From: an uncultured bacterium
Lineage (GTDB): Bacteria > B130-G9
Length of the DNA stretch: 20,000 nucleotides
NCBI GenBank assembly: GCA_965372715.1
Contig: CBDVDH010000012.1
Location: 53,223-73,222 of the forward strand
Reading direction: 5' to 3'
In this document: piece after piece, positions 8,320-15,642 of the stretch
Numbering within the stretch: position 1 is the first letter of the stretch
How the letters are laid out: each line of letters begins with the position of its first letter
Position numbers and translations under genes: made by a program
Notes under the pieces: model-generated
Told to the model about the DNA's origin: nothing
Databases searched by the model: none
The model's input: only the letters and a program-made list of their open reading frames with translations

Positions 8320-9348
8320 ATGGATCCGGTTTCACACGTCGCCTGGGGAATTGTCGCAACGAATCTGCTGCCCGAGCCTGACGCGGCGCTGCCCAGAATC
8401 GTGATCGCTGCCGCTGCGGCCGCCGCGCCCGACCTTGATTTCGTCACCAAGTTCTTCAAGAACATCTACTTCCTGAAGTATCACCACAGCGTTACCCACT
8501 CGCTTGTCGGCGTGTCCGTGATGGGTCTTGGCATTGCTTTTCTGGGGCGCCTCGTCTTCCCCGAGGTTGGCTTCTGGGAGGCCTATCTCGTTGCCCTTGT
8601 GGCAGGCGTCAGCCATTGTCTGCTGGACCTCCTCATGCACGGGACGGGCGCGATGGTTCTCTGGCCGTTTTCGAGGCGCATGATTACGGGCAGCTTGCTC
8701 TTGGGGCTCAATCCCACAACTACTCACGCGAGATGCCACGAGAAGTCGCTGCGCGTCTGCCTCGCCTGCCAGCTTCACAGCGCTGTTATGTCGCCTATGA
8801 TGTGGCTGGGCCTTCTGACAGCAGTTGCCTCGACGTTCGCACGGTCTCTCAGACCGATCACTGCGCTGGCGGGAGCGGCCTTGGGCGCCTCCTACGTGCT
8901 CATGTGCCATTTGCAGAAGAAAAAGACGAGGCGAGTTGCTCTACAGCTCGCTGATGACGCGACGGAGGTCTTGGCTTTTCCCGCTGGTTTCTCGCCGTTT
9001 GAGTGGCTCGCCGTTTGTCGGCTTCCTGAAGGGTTCCGATTACTCTGGCTGAGCTCCCCCAAGAGCGAACTGATGGCGATTCGAACGCTTCCCCCGGCGG
9101 CGTCCTCTGCCGCAATCGACAGGTCGAGGTCAACAAAGACTGTTCGGGAGTTCCTTTCGGCGTGCGTCATCCCGTGGGCCCTTCAAATCAAGGATCGCGG
9201 CGCCGTTCGGGTGCAGTGGCAGGACCTCAGCTACGCTCTCAGTTCGTCGATGGACCTATACGCGGCCCGGATCACAATGTCCCCCGATTTGACGGTGCTT
9301 GACGAAGATTTCCGCGAGCGCTGGCCGGACCTTTGGCGGCCCGGTTAG
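8320..9348 (+). CDS. Membrane-bound metal-dependent hydrolase (YdjM/YbcI-like)
   Basis: Family motifs MDPVSH, PDLD, HHSVTHSL, SHCLLD and GAMVLWPFS, plus several TM helices. ATG 8320 is preferred over TTG 8302 because this family typically begins MDxxT/SH. Confidence 0.85.
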   Translation: MDPVSHVAWGIVATNLLPEPDAALPRIVIAAAAAAAPDLDFVTKFFKNIYFLKYHHSVTHSLVGVSVMGLGIAFLGRLVFPEVGFWEAYLVALVAGVSHCLLDLLMHGTGAMVLWPFSRRMITGSLLLGLNPTTTHARCHEKSLRVCLACQLHSAVMSPMMWLGLLTAVASTFARSLRPITALAGAALGASYVLMCHLQKKKTRRVALQLADDATEVLAFPAGFSPFEWLAVCRLPEGFRLLWLSSPKSELMAIRTLPPAASSAAIDRSRSTKTVREFLSACVIPWALQIKDRGAVRVQWQDLSYALSSSMDLYAARITMSPDLTVLDEDFRERWPDLWRPG

Positions 9349-9713
9349 CCCGAATAATTCGAGGTCATGACTCCGGCGGGTGTGTGGCGGGCTTTCCGAG
9401 GCTGGGTCATAAGTCGTTGCGGTTGTGTAGGGGCGTGGTCTCAGACCTGCCCTCTCTAATTGATGGTCGCATAAGATGCCTCGTATCCGCAGGGATTCAT
9501 GTAGGCGGGCGGGTCTGAGACACCGCCCCTACAGGCCGATTCCGACAATCGCGTCGCAAATGAAAACCGCCGCGTTGATCTTGACAATCGGCCGTATTTC
9601 CTGTATCGTTGTTGTCTGAATGGACAACAAATCCTCGTCAATCGACTTATGACCCAGCCTCGGAAAGCCCGCCCCACATCTCACGCCATCTGCGGTTTAT
9701 GAATAATAAGGGC
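9348..9713. mobile_element. Non-autonomous nested inverted-repeat element, copy 2, 366 bp, flanked by TA on both sides
   Basis: Outer ends TA|GCCCGAATAATTC ... GAATAATAAGGGC|TA (12/15 inverted match including the TA). Middle IR 9381-9416 vs 9643-9678 matches 35/36. Inner GTAGGGGCG.../...CGCCCCTAC REP pair at ~9427-9532. Confidence 0.85.
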
Positions 9714-12421
9714 TAGTTGAGCCTGAGCTCCGGCCAGCAGCGCTCGAAGGCGCCGCTCCGCCCTTTGACGCGAAGGTTGAGGTAAAGCCCCTCGATGTAT
9801 GTGCCGTCTCCCGTCGGGATATGCGGCCAGGGCACACTCTGAAGCCCTTCGTGGTCTGTCGCGACGACCTCTACCAGATAGAGTCCTGCCCCGATTCCAG
9901 AGAGGTCCTCGAACTCGATAGTCGTTAACCACTCGAACAATTGGATGCTGCCCGGGGCGGCAAGGCCCCGCTCCATCGGGAAGGTTAGAGTCGCGCCAGG
10001 GATTCTGACATCGCAAGAGGCAATGGCCGTTGGGTCCCACGGGTCGTTCGCGTCGAAGGCGAAGGCCCTCACAGAAAAGCTGCCGCTCTCGTTTGCGAAC
10101 ATCGCGTTCTGTGAGATGCCGGCTGCGAAGATGAGGGGGTGCCTCGCTCCGTCTGCTATCAAGCTGTTGGGCGCGCCGGGCTCCGTCCCAGGAGCGGTCA
10201 AGAGCGCGGTGAATATCCCGTCCCCGGCGACCGGATCGCTGTCCTGGCCGCGATCATTCATGGAGACCTCAAGGTCCAGGTCGTTGTAGAAGACCTTGAT
10301 GCTGTCGATGAACGATGGCCCGTAGGGCAGGGCTACAACTGTGATATTACCGGCAACGCTCCCGTCAGGATTGACGTCGAGGTAGGAGTCAAGTGTGCCG
10401 GCGGCCCTGAAAGAGGGATACTTCGCGGGGGCGATATGGAGAATGTGCACGAAGTCGGAGATGGTTGTCTCTTCAATGATTATCGTGCTGGCGCTTTCCG
10501 GGTCGATGCTATACAGAAGGGGCCTCTCTTTGCAGGAGACATCAAGTGTGTGGAAATCGCCGTCCGGGAGTGTGCTAACTTCCCAGACCTCGGGCGGCAC
10601 CGTCGTGTCATAGAGCAGCTCGGGCGCAGAGAGGTCTATCTTGAGCCAGGCTGAGATTGTGTTCGGATTTGTGAGCTCGCCCGTTCTGACGTATGTAAGA
10701 CCTCGCTCGGTGCGGTAATCGTCGCCGAGGGAAAGCGGGAAGTCCGTCATCTTCCAGTCCGCGATAAGTATCTCCCCCTCTCGGTTTGGGTCTGCGATCG
10801 GCACGTGAACCATAAGGGCGATATCCTCGTTGCCCGTGGCGACGGTAGTTCGTTCGGGTCTCGGTTGATAGATGAGCGGCAGCACCATGTCATCAGGCGC
10901 GGTGTTGTGGAGCGTTATGCCGAGTGCGCGGGGATCGACGAACGAAAGTGACTTGTCGTATATGCTGGCAACCAGCTGGAACGTATAGAATGCTTGCCTG
11001 CTCAGCTCTGGCAACATGAACGGCCTGTTAGGGGTGAGGCGACAGCCCGAGTTTGTGTGAGTGCGGTTGATCAGGCCATAGTCTGCTCCCATGTCCCCCG
11101 CGTCTCCCTCCTGCATCTGCCAGTGGGTAACCTGGACGTTTGCGAAGTAACAGGTCAGGTACGATCTCGCGAGGTATTTGGCCATTCTGACAAAACCGCG
11201 CTTGTGCTCTGCGCATGGCCAGCTGTACTCGAACGGAGAGCCGTCCTCGGTGTTGTAGAGCTCTATTGACTCCGGGTCCTGACCAGTGATGGCGCTAACT
11301 CTTGCCCTCAGCTCGCTCACGTGCTCCAGGAAGCTCCGTGTCGGCGGCCCGAGACTCGCGTAATGAACGAACATCGAACATCTACCGTAGTGCGTATCGT
11401 CCGGTGCATACTGATGTGGCGAAGGGACCTCAACTTCGGGCGCGCCAAAATACACCTCGTCGGCAGAACGCCACACACCAGAACGGAATCCGTGGAAACC
11501 GTAACCGTCGATGTTCGTCGTGAAGAACTCCGGTGTTGCCCCAAGCGCTGCCATCTCCTCAACAACAGCCTCAATATACGGAACGTCACAGCCGCACGTT
11601 GCTCCGAACAGGAGCTTCGCGTGAGGCGTCAGCCGCTTCATCAGAGGCGCCGCGTTCAAGAGCATCTCGGCGTAGAGTCTGGTCATCCTTCGCCAGTCCT
11701 CCTCAGTCGCGTAAGGTGGATACGGCCTCCAGAACTCGGATTTGCATATACAAGCGTCAGCGTTCGAGCTACCGGAAGGCAGCCAGTTCTGTTCTTCCCA
11801 GATCATCCAACCAGCGATGTACTCGCCGTAGTACTCCGCCGCCGTCTTGCAGTATTTGAGGTATCTTGCAAGCCATTCGGCGCAGATATACGTCGTCTCA
11901 ATGTGGCCTATGTCACGGTCTTCGTGATCGTAAGATGTTTTTCCGTCAGGCTCATCAGCGGAGCGGACGTAGAAGCACCACTCCTGACCTCCGTCGCACG
12001 TGCTCGGTTTGTCAGGTGTGTAAAGCCAGTCAGGGTAATAGACGGGATTGCTAAATGAGAGCGTGACCATCGTCTTTATGCCGCGGTCGTGGCAGTCCCT
12101 AAATGCGTCGAGCGTAACAATGTCAACGTCCGAGAAGACAGGCACGCCCATCGGGTCGGTGTGCTTCTGCATCTCCGCCCACGAAAGAGGCGTGTCCCAA
12201 TGGGAAACGACGAACCAGGAGGCGCCAACGTCGTAACCTTGATTCTGAAGGACGCGGCCATATCGCACGGCAGAGCCCGCATGAGGAAACGACATCGCCA
12301 CGCCGAAGTGGTTCTCGGGGCCCTCTCCCGAGCCTCGCAGCTCGAAATGTCTCGCCGAACACAAGCTGGCACAAGACGACAGAAAAAGGCCCAGAAGGGC
12401 AAGATACGCTGCTTTCTTCAT
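9713..12421 (-). CDS. Exported (possibly lipoprotein) clan GH-A glycoside hydrolase-like protein (GH5/GH39-like barrel) with C-terminal anchor-type domains
   Basis: Signal peptide with a lipobox-like LSSC. Barrel motifs WMIWEEQN (acid/base position), AKLLFGA, DGYGFHGF, LYNTEDG (nucleophile position), DYGLI and RQAFYTF. C-terminal MNDRGQDSDPVAGDGIFT motif. Confidence 0.65.
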   Translation of the reverse strand: MKKAAYLALLGLFLSSCASLCSARHFELRGSGEGPENHFGVAMSFPHAGSAVRYGRVLQNQGYDVGASWFVVSHWDTPLSWAEMQKHTDPMGVPVFSDVDIVTLDAFRDCHDRGIKTMVTLSFSNPVYYPDWLYTPDKPSTCDGGQEWCFYVRSADEPDGKTSYDHEDRDIGHIETTYICAEWLARYLKYCKTAAEYYGEYIAGWMIWEEQNWLPSGSSNADACICKSEFWRPYPPYATEEDWRRMTRLYAEMLLNAAPLMKRLTPHAKLLFGATCGCDVPYIEAVVEEMAALGATPEFFTTNIDGYGFHGFRSGVWRSADEVYFGAPEVEVPSPHQYAPDDTHYGRCSMFVHYASLGPPTRSFLEHVSELRARVSAITGQDPESIELYNTEDGSPFEYSWPCAEHKRGFVRMAKYLARSYLTCYFANVQVTHWQMQEGDAGDMGADYGLINRTHTNSGCRLTPNRPFMLPELSRQAFYTFQLVASIYDKSLSFVDPRALGITLHNTAPDDMVLPLIYQPRPERTTVATGNEDIALMVHVPIADPNREGEILIADWKMTDFPLSLGDDYRTERGLTYVRTGELTNPNTISAWLKIDLSAPELLYDTTVPPEVWEVSTLPDGDFHTLDVSCKERPLLYSIDPESASTIIIEETTISDFVHILHIAPAKYPSFRAAGTLDSYLDVNPDGSVAGNITVVALPYGPSFIDSIKVFYNDLDLEVSMNDRGQDSDPVAGDGIFTALLTAPGTEPGAPNSLIADGARHPLIFAAGISQNAMFANESGSFSVRAFAFDANDPWDPTAIASCDVRIPGATLTFPMERGLAAPGSIQLFEWLTTIEFEDLSGIGAGLYLVEVVATDHEGLQSVPWPHIPTGDGTYIEGLYLNLRVKGRSGAFERCWPELRLN

Positions 12422-12681
12422 GTGAGCACCTCTTTGCTTTTAACGTTAATTGCCGGACCTAAAGGCTCCTTATCCGAATCCCGGTCTCGTCCAATTGCGG
12501 ACTCCTAAACAAGTCGCCTGCCGTTGACGCCCAGCGCACAACGCAAGGCTACATTAGCCTACCGTGTGTGCTGCATCAAGGCAAGTAGTTTCTCGGCCCA
12601 ATCGCTGATGTTCAGGGGCGTAACCCCATCACATCCCAGTGAAACGGCCGGATTACGGCTGTAGAGCGCATGATAGGTCCG

Positions 12682-12807
12682 GTAGGGGCGGGGTCTGAAG
12701 ACCCGCCCGTTCTCAGTGATAGGCCGTATCGAGGGTGGCGTGCTCAATTGGATCGGCCTAGGGGGGCGGGTCTGAGACACCGCCCATACGCGGCAATTCC
12801 GACGATA
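12682..12807. repeat. GTAG-type REPIN related to the inner layer of the 367-bp element; overlaps the 3' end of methyltransferase copy A
   Basis: GTAGGGGCGGGGTCTGAAGACCCGCCC (12682-12708) and GGGCGGGTCTGAGACACCGCCCATAC (12764-12789), followed by ATTCCGAC as in copies 1 and 2. Confidence 0.8.
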
Positions 12808-13468
12808 CCGCCTTGATCGCGATTGCGCAGCCGCGGTTCCTGTATAAAAGGTGATCGAGCCTCAGCGCGAGCTCCCTCAGAAGCCAGGGCAGCACGAGCT
12901 TTTTGCTGAACAGCCACGCAAGGTCCCGCAGATACCAGAGCTGATAGAGCGCCTGAGCAATTGTGCCGCCGTATTTCTCCACACCGACTACCTTCAGGCC
13001 CGCCGCGTGGCACTTGCAGACAAGCTCTCCGACCTCATAGCCCGGGCGGACATGACCCCACTGCGCCTCGGCCTCCGACCATTGCCTGGCACGCCGTCCC
13101 AGGGGCAACACGAGCTCCTTGAAGTCGTGCTCTACCGCTGGCGTTGTGAGAACAAGGCTGCCTTGAGGCCTCAGGACGCGGGCGATCTCAGCCAGCATGA
13201 AGCAGTCGTCTTCGATATGTTCGAGCACGTCGAGGCACAGCGCCGCGTCGAACGAATTGTCCCGAAAAGGAAAGGTCGAGCCATCATAGAGCACGAGGTT
13301 GGGAAACGTCCTCCGCCCGACCTCGAGATTAACGATGCGCCACGATGCGCTTGTGCCGGGCAGCGGGATCGTCCCGCAGCCCACGTTGAGAATCGTTTCG
13401 GCCCCTTCCGGAGCACTCGGCAGCCACCGTCGAATCGTCAAATGCCGTCTCTTAACCGCAATAGTCAT
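12758..13468 (-). CDS. Class I SAM-dependent methyltransferase (Methyltransf_11-like), copy A
   Basis: Motif I ILNVGCG, FPFRDNSFDAALCLDVLEHIEDD, EIARVLRPQG and GHVRPGY. Confidence 0.88.
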   Translation of the reverse strand: MTIAVKRRHLTIRRWLPSAPEGAETILNVGCGTIPLPGTSASWRIVNLEVGRRTFPNLVLYDGSTFPFRDNSFDAALCLDVLEHIEDDCFMLAEIARVLRPQGSLVLTTPAVEHDFKELVLPLGRRARQWSEAEAQWGHVRPGYEVGELVCKCHAAGLKVVGVEKYGGTIAQALYQLWYLRDLAWLFSKKLVLPWLLRELALRLDHLLYRNRGCAIAIKAVSSELPRMGGVSDPPP

Positions 13469-13476
13469 AGGTCGAA

Positions 13477-13505
13477 TTGTTACAGATGGCTCTATACGTT
13501 TGCAA
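13477..13505 (-). promoter_or_regulatory. Putative promoter of methyltransferase A, leaderless
   Basis: Minus strand TTGCAA-17nt-TAACAA, then 8 nt to the ATG with no SD; the same layout is conserved upstream of copy B. Confidence 0.55.
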
Positions 13506-13518
13506 CCAGAGCAAGGAA

Positions 13519-13546
13519 TTGCGATTCTTGACGACGCCTCTATGAT
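13519..13546 (+). promoter_or_regulatory. Putative sigma70 promoter for the thermonuclease
   Basis: TTGCGA (13519-13524), a 16-nt spacer, then TATGAT (13541-13546); back-to-back with the methyltransferase A promoter. Confidence 0.35.
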
Positions 13547-13623
13547 GATTCAGTGCGTCGTTTGACCCGACGGTGTAACGAGACTGTTCTGCTTGCCCGC
13601 GTCATTAACGGAGTGCGGAGCTG

Positions 13624-14157
13624 ATGTTCTCAGTAAGGACGCGTAGGATTGCGATTGCAGCCATCGCGGCGTTGGCGGTGTGTATGCTGGCGGTGAGAGC
13701 TTACCGCTGGGTTGCGCCTCGCGCGTCATCGCAGCCTCCGGTGCCAAGCTCGCGCACGCGAGGCCTTGAGAGGTATCCTTATTTCTGCACCAAGGTCATT
13801 GACGGCGACACGATCGTCGTCAAATCACTCGGACCCGTCAGGCTGATAGGGATCGACACGCCGGAGATGAACTACGACTTCGGCGTTCCGCAGCCGTTTG
13901 CCGAAGAGGCGAGGGAGTTTTGTAGGCGGCTTGTTCTCAGGAAAACAGTGTCGCTTGAGTTTGACGAAGTGAAGCGCGACAAGTATGGCCGCGCGCTCGC
14001 CTATGTCTTCGTTGGTGATGCTTTCGTCAACGCCGAACTCGTCAAGGCGGGTCTGGCAAAGGCCTACCACATTGCCCCGAACGACAGATACAAGGGCGAG
14101 TTCCGTCAGCTTCAGCAAGATGCAAAGGCCAAGGGACTCGGCCTTTGGCGCGAGTGA
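13624..14157 (+). CDS. Thermonuclease (staphylococcal nuclease/SNase family), exported or membrane-anchored
   Basis: Motifs KVIDGDTI, VRLIGIDTPE, DKYGRALAYV, VNAELVKAGLA and GLGLW; hydrophobic N-terminus; GGAG RBS upstream. Confidence 0.95.
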   Translation: MFSVRTRRIAIAAIAALAVCMLAVRAYRWVAPRASSQPPVPSSRTRGLERYPYFCTKVIDGDTIVVKSLGPVRLIGIDTPEMNYDFGVPQPFAEEAREFCRRLVLRKTVSLEFDEVKRDKYGRALAYVFVGDAFVNAELVKAGLAKAYHIAPNDRYKGEFRQLQQDAKAKGLGLWRE

Positions 14158-14311
14158 GCTTTGTGACCCCCTCAGGGCACAGAGGTCGTTTAGGGCGGCG
14201 CTTGTCTCCGCCTAAGGCGGTTCCGGCGGCGCATACCAGAAATCGGGATGACGTTCGCCGCGGCGAATCCCTACCCAAATGCCTCTCGGCACCGTTTTCT
14301 GGCCTCTGGAC

Positions 14312-14983
14312 TCAAGCGCGAACTGCCTTGATCGCGATCGCGCAGCCGCGGTTCCCGTAGAGTATGTGATCGAGCCTTAGCGCCAGCTTCATCAGAAGCC
14401 GGGGCAAGACCAGTTTCCTACTGAATAACCACGCTAGGTCCCGCAGATACCATAGCTGATAGAGCACCTGAGCAATTGTCCCGCCGTATTTCTCCACACC
14501 GACTACGGAAAGCCCCGCTGCGTGGCACTTGCAGACAAGTTCCCCGACGTCGTAGCCGGAACGAACCTGGCCCCAGTGCGCCTCGACCGCCGACCATTGC
14601 CTCGCGCGCTTGTCCGGCGGCAAAGCGATCTCCTTGAAGTCATGTTCAATTGCGGGATTGGTGAGGATGAGGGCGCCTCGAGGCTTCAGAACGCGGCTGA
14701 TTTCGGTGAGCATCAAGCTGTCGTCCTCCACGTTCACAAGCACGCCGAGGCATAGAGCGGCGTCGAACGAATTGTCCCGAAAAGGAAAGACCGAGCCATC
14801 ATACAGAACAAAATCGAGAAATGGCCTTCGCTCAACGTCAAGGTTGACGATTCGGAGGGCTTGGCTTAGACCGGGCACCGGGATCGTCCCGCACCCGACG
14901 TTGAGAATGATTCCGTCCCCTTCCACAGCACTCGGCAGCCACCGCCGAATCGTCAAATGCCGCCTCTTAACCGCGATTGTCAT
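14312..14983 (-). CDS. Class I SAM-dependent methyltransferase, copy B (paralog of copy A)
   Basis: Gapless alignment to copy A with about 172/221 identical residues by manual count. Start placed at ATG 14983 by homology (MTIAVKRRH) and promoter spacing, rather than GTG 15025. Confidence 0.85.
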   Translation of the reverse strand: MTIAVKRRHLTIRRWLPSAVEGDGIILNVGCGTIPVPGLSQALRIVNLDVERRPFLDFVLYDGSVFPFRDNSFDAALCLGVLVNVEDDSLMLTEISRVLKPRGALILTNPAIEHDFKEIALPPDKRARQWSAVEAHWGQVRSGYDVGELVCKCHAAGLSVVGVEKYGGTIAQVLYQLWYLRDLAWLFSRKLVLPRLLMKLALRLDHILYGNRGCAIAIKAVRA

Positions 14984-14991
14984 ACGCCGAA

Positions 14992-15020
14992 TTGTTACAA
15001 ACATGCGCTTGTGTCTGCAA
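14992..15020 (-). promoter_or_regulatory. Putative promoter of methyltransferase B, leaderless
   Basis: Minus strand TTGCAG-17nt-TAACAA-TTCGGCGT-ATG, the same geometry as copy A. Confidence 0.55.
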
Positions 15021-15143
15021 CCCACTCAAGAAGAGGAGTTTCCCCAATCGTGAGCGGGGAATCGCTGGTTTATGGGCTATATGGTTGTGATTCCGTACGG
15101 TAACAACTGGAATTGGAGCTGACCGGAGGCCGGGCATACGGGC

Positions 15144-15348
15144 GCCCTGAAGGGGCGGAATGTGAATAGCCATAGGCTTCGAGCCTATGGAATCGGTTCG
15201 TTTCCACGCCCCGCGACCCTGAAGGGGTCGAACTGGTCTGATTGTGAAGACTCTGTGCAGCCCCTTCAGGGCTGTTTTTCTTTTCCTGGCTATCCCTGAT
15301 CCGTAGGTTGAAACCTACGGCTATTCACGTTAATCCCCCTTGGGGATT
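15144..15348. repeat. Multi-hairpin REP-like palindromic element (a third repeat family)
   Basis: GCCCTGAAGGGGC, GTGAATAGCCATAGGCTTCGAGCCTATGG and GACCCTGAAGGGGTC are mirrored by GCCCCTTCAGGGC, CCGTAGGTTGAAACCTACGGCTATTCAC and AATCCCCCTTGGGGATT. Confidence 0.8.
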
Positions 15349-15434
15349 CGCAGGCGGTGTCAAGCCCCCTGAAACGAGCGCGGCGCCCTGAAGCACTCCA
15401 AGATAAAATGGGGAAAACGCCTCCGTCATTCGCC

Positions 15435-15463
15435 TTGACAGGATTGAGGCTTAAAGGTTAAAT
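15435..15463 (+). promoter_or_regulatory. Putative sigma70 promoter upstream of ilvE
   Basis: TTGACA (15435-15440), a 17-nt spacer, then TTAAAT (15458-15463). Confidence 0.6.
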
Positions 15464-15585
15464 GTTTCGGGTTAAGCTGACTCTGCATAGGCGATCTGGC
15501 TGGGAGCGCCGCGGACGCTGATTTGTGAATTCGTCTCGCGGAGTTCTTTGTTGTAGGTCGGCTAATTCGGTTGTGTGGGTCTAAT

Positions 15586-15622
15586 GCGGGAGCTATTGCG
15601 CGATAGCACTCGCTTTCTAATT
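15586..15622 (+). terminator. Terminator-like hairpin in the ilvE 5' leader
   Basis: GCGGGAGCTATT-GCGC-GATAGCACTCGC forms an 11-bp stem with one mismatch, followed by TTTCTAATT, just upstream of the GGAGG RBS. Confidence 0.4.
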
Positions 15623-15642
15623 CAATATACGGAGGTTCAGAT

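Noticed and set aside
12559-12680. Possible 3' gene remnant (…PLNISDWAEKLLALMQHTR*) next to the REPIN
   Set aside because: It is too short and has no recognisable motif or start signal, so it cannot be distinguished from a chance ORF.
14186-14276. Weak palindromes between the nuclease and methyltransferase B (TAGGGCGGCG...CCGCCTAAGGCGG...CCCTAC)
   Set aside because: They may be a decayed REP pair or terminator, but pairing is too poor to define boundaries or a family.
12758-14983. Methyltransferase-nuclease-methyltransferase as a restriction-modification or defence system
   Set aside because: The methyltransferases lack DNA MTase catalytic motifs (DPPY/NPPY, PC) and look like small-molecule enzymes. 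The nuclease is an exported SNase on the opposite strand with its own putative promoter.
14984-15025. Upstream starts from the ORF track (GTG 15025; also TTG 8302 and TTG 16531)
   Set aside because: Paralog alignment, family N-termini and RBS or promoter positions favour ATG 14983, 8320 and 16567.
8085-15348. Palindromic repeats as a CRISPR array
   Set aside because: They are inverted pairs rather than regularly spaced direct repeats with unique spacers, and no cas genes are present.
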